A stretch of 64,000 bases of DNA, taken from NCBI GenBank assembly GCA_044892525.1, contig CM097885.1:109492001-109556000 (forward strand), given 5' to 3'. Below the pieces are notes generated by a model. That model was given only the letters and a program-made list of their open reading frames with translations, did no database searches and had not been told where the DNA came from. This document shows positions 63,085 through 64,000 of this stretch, in pieces (the stretch's first letter is position 1; each line of letters opens with the position of its first letter). This DNA comes from Schmidtea polychroa (Eukaryota). The position numbers and the translations under genes are program-made.

Positions 63085-64000
63085 CAGGATATTAGAGTAC
63101 ATTTATTTTCAAATATCTCAAAAGTAAAATTGACTAAATGTGGCAAATATTTTTTATTTTATAGTATGTAAAATTCTATAATATGAAAATCTACAAATTT
63201 ATTAATGCAAAGACACTCATTACGGCAGTTCTTTAATTTTTGGATTACACTTCTGCATATATTTTCGCACTCAAAGCTCCTCGATTGTATCTACCTTCTC
63301 TTAAGGTAGTCCCAAAGAAAGAAGTTACTAGGAGAAAGGTCAGGCGAACGCACATACCATTCTATTTAACGAGGTTTGCAAATCCAACTACTAGGTAACT
63401 TCTTGTCGAGCTAGCTCCTCACACAAGTAACATAGTGAGTTGATGCTTATTCTTCTTGAAAGAACATAGTCTTGCACTTTATTTTTGGCCAAAGAAAGGT
63501 TTTGAGCATGACCATTTAAGCGTGTGTGGTGACAATTTACACGAAGAAATAAGGTTCGATTATGCCTATTGTGATTACTCCACACTATACCATGATGCTT
63601 AGAGCAAAATGTAACCGGAAATTGGACGCATGGTTTAAAGAATACACAGTAGCAGCTGGTGTGACAGTTTACGACTCCGTTCAACTTGAAATCACACTCA
63701 TCAGACTATATATACTTTGTCAAGAAGCCTTGGTTCCCGCTCAAACTTTTCCAAGAACGATGAATAAAATTCTTCTCCCCTATTTAAATCGTTGTTCCTT
63801 AGTTTGTGCACGATAGTTGGTAGATAAAGGCGGAGACTTGTCTTGTGAGCACCACGATGAAAACACACATTACTAATTCCTAGCTCACAAGAACCAACTT
63901 TGATTGAGGTATTATGTTTATCGGTTAGCATTTTTTTAGGAATTCGACAGATTCCTCAGCCATCACTTTCTATAACTGACCAGGTTTGCGATGGTCATGA
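63085..64000 (-). pseudogene. Decayed Tc1/mariner DD41D (rosa/Visitor) transposon, 3' part with terminal repeat
   Basis: Across frameshifts: ELGIS...HKL...D...R.EF...FLEK; SDECDFKLNGVVNCH; GIIEPYFF; FFQEE*A...RSPDLSPSNFFLWDYLK, with 41 residues between the 2nd and 3rd catalytic positions. The end is TA|CAGGATATT at 63083-63093. Confidence 0.88.

Overview
AT-rich eukaryotic (metazoan-type) genomic DNA with very short spliceosomal introns (mostly 34-63 nt), two N-gaps and many decayed transposons. The main feature is missing from the supplied ORF track because it runs off the left edge. It is a single minus-strand reading frame, open from 35460 to beyond position 1 (at least 11,820 codons in one exon). 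It consists of ~700 unique residues followed by at least 33.6 near-identical 990-bp/330-aa tandem repeats with no indel or stop. On the same strand, upstream (56.3-61.9 kb), lie the exons of a kinesin-3 motor whose signature residues match STARD9/KIF16A. A chain of phase-compatible small exons (50078-50038, 48403-48363, 48316-47776, 38746-38664) splices in frame into the giant exon, suggesting a kinesin of more than 12,000 aa. A second, alternative 5' micro-exon (MGLTSSCTR-G, myristoylation-type) also splices in frame into it. The long intron at 38.7-47.8 kb holds a complete non-autonomous Ty3/gypsy element with an intronless proteasome alpha-6 fragment fused in frame inside its reverse transcriptase. 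It also holds a compact cluster of small genes including a Bcl-2-like gene. Other introns contain a Penelope-type inverted repeat with two hammerhead ribozymes, Merlin, hAT, piggyBac, pogo and DD41D mariner remnants, and a 194-bp palindrome. All calls are from manual reading and translation; no database searches were run.
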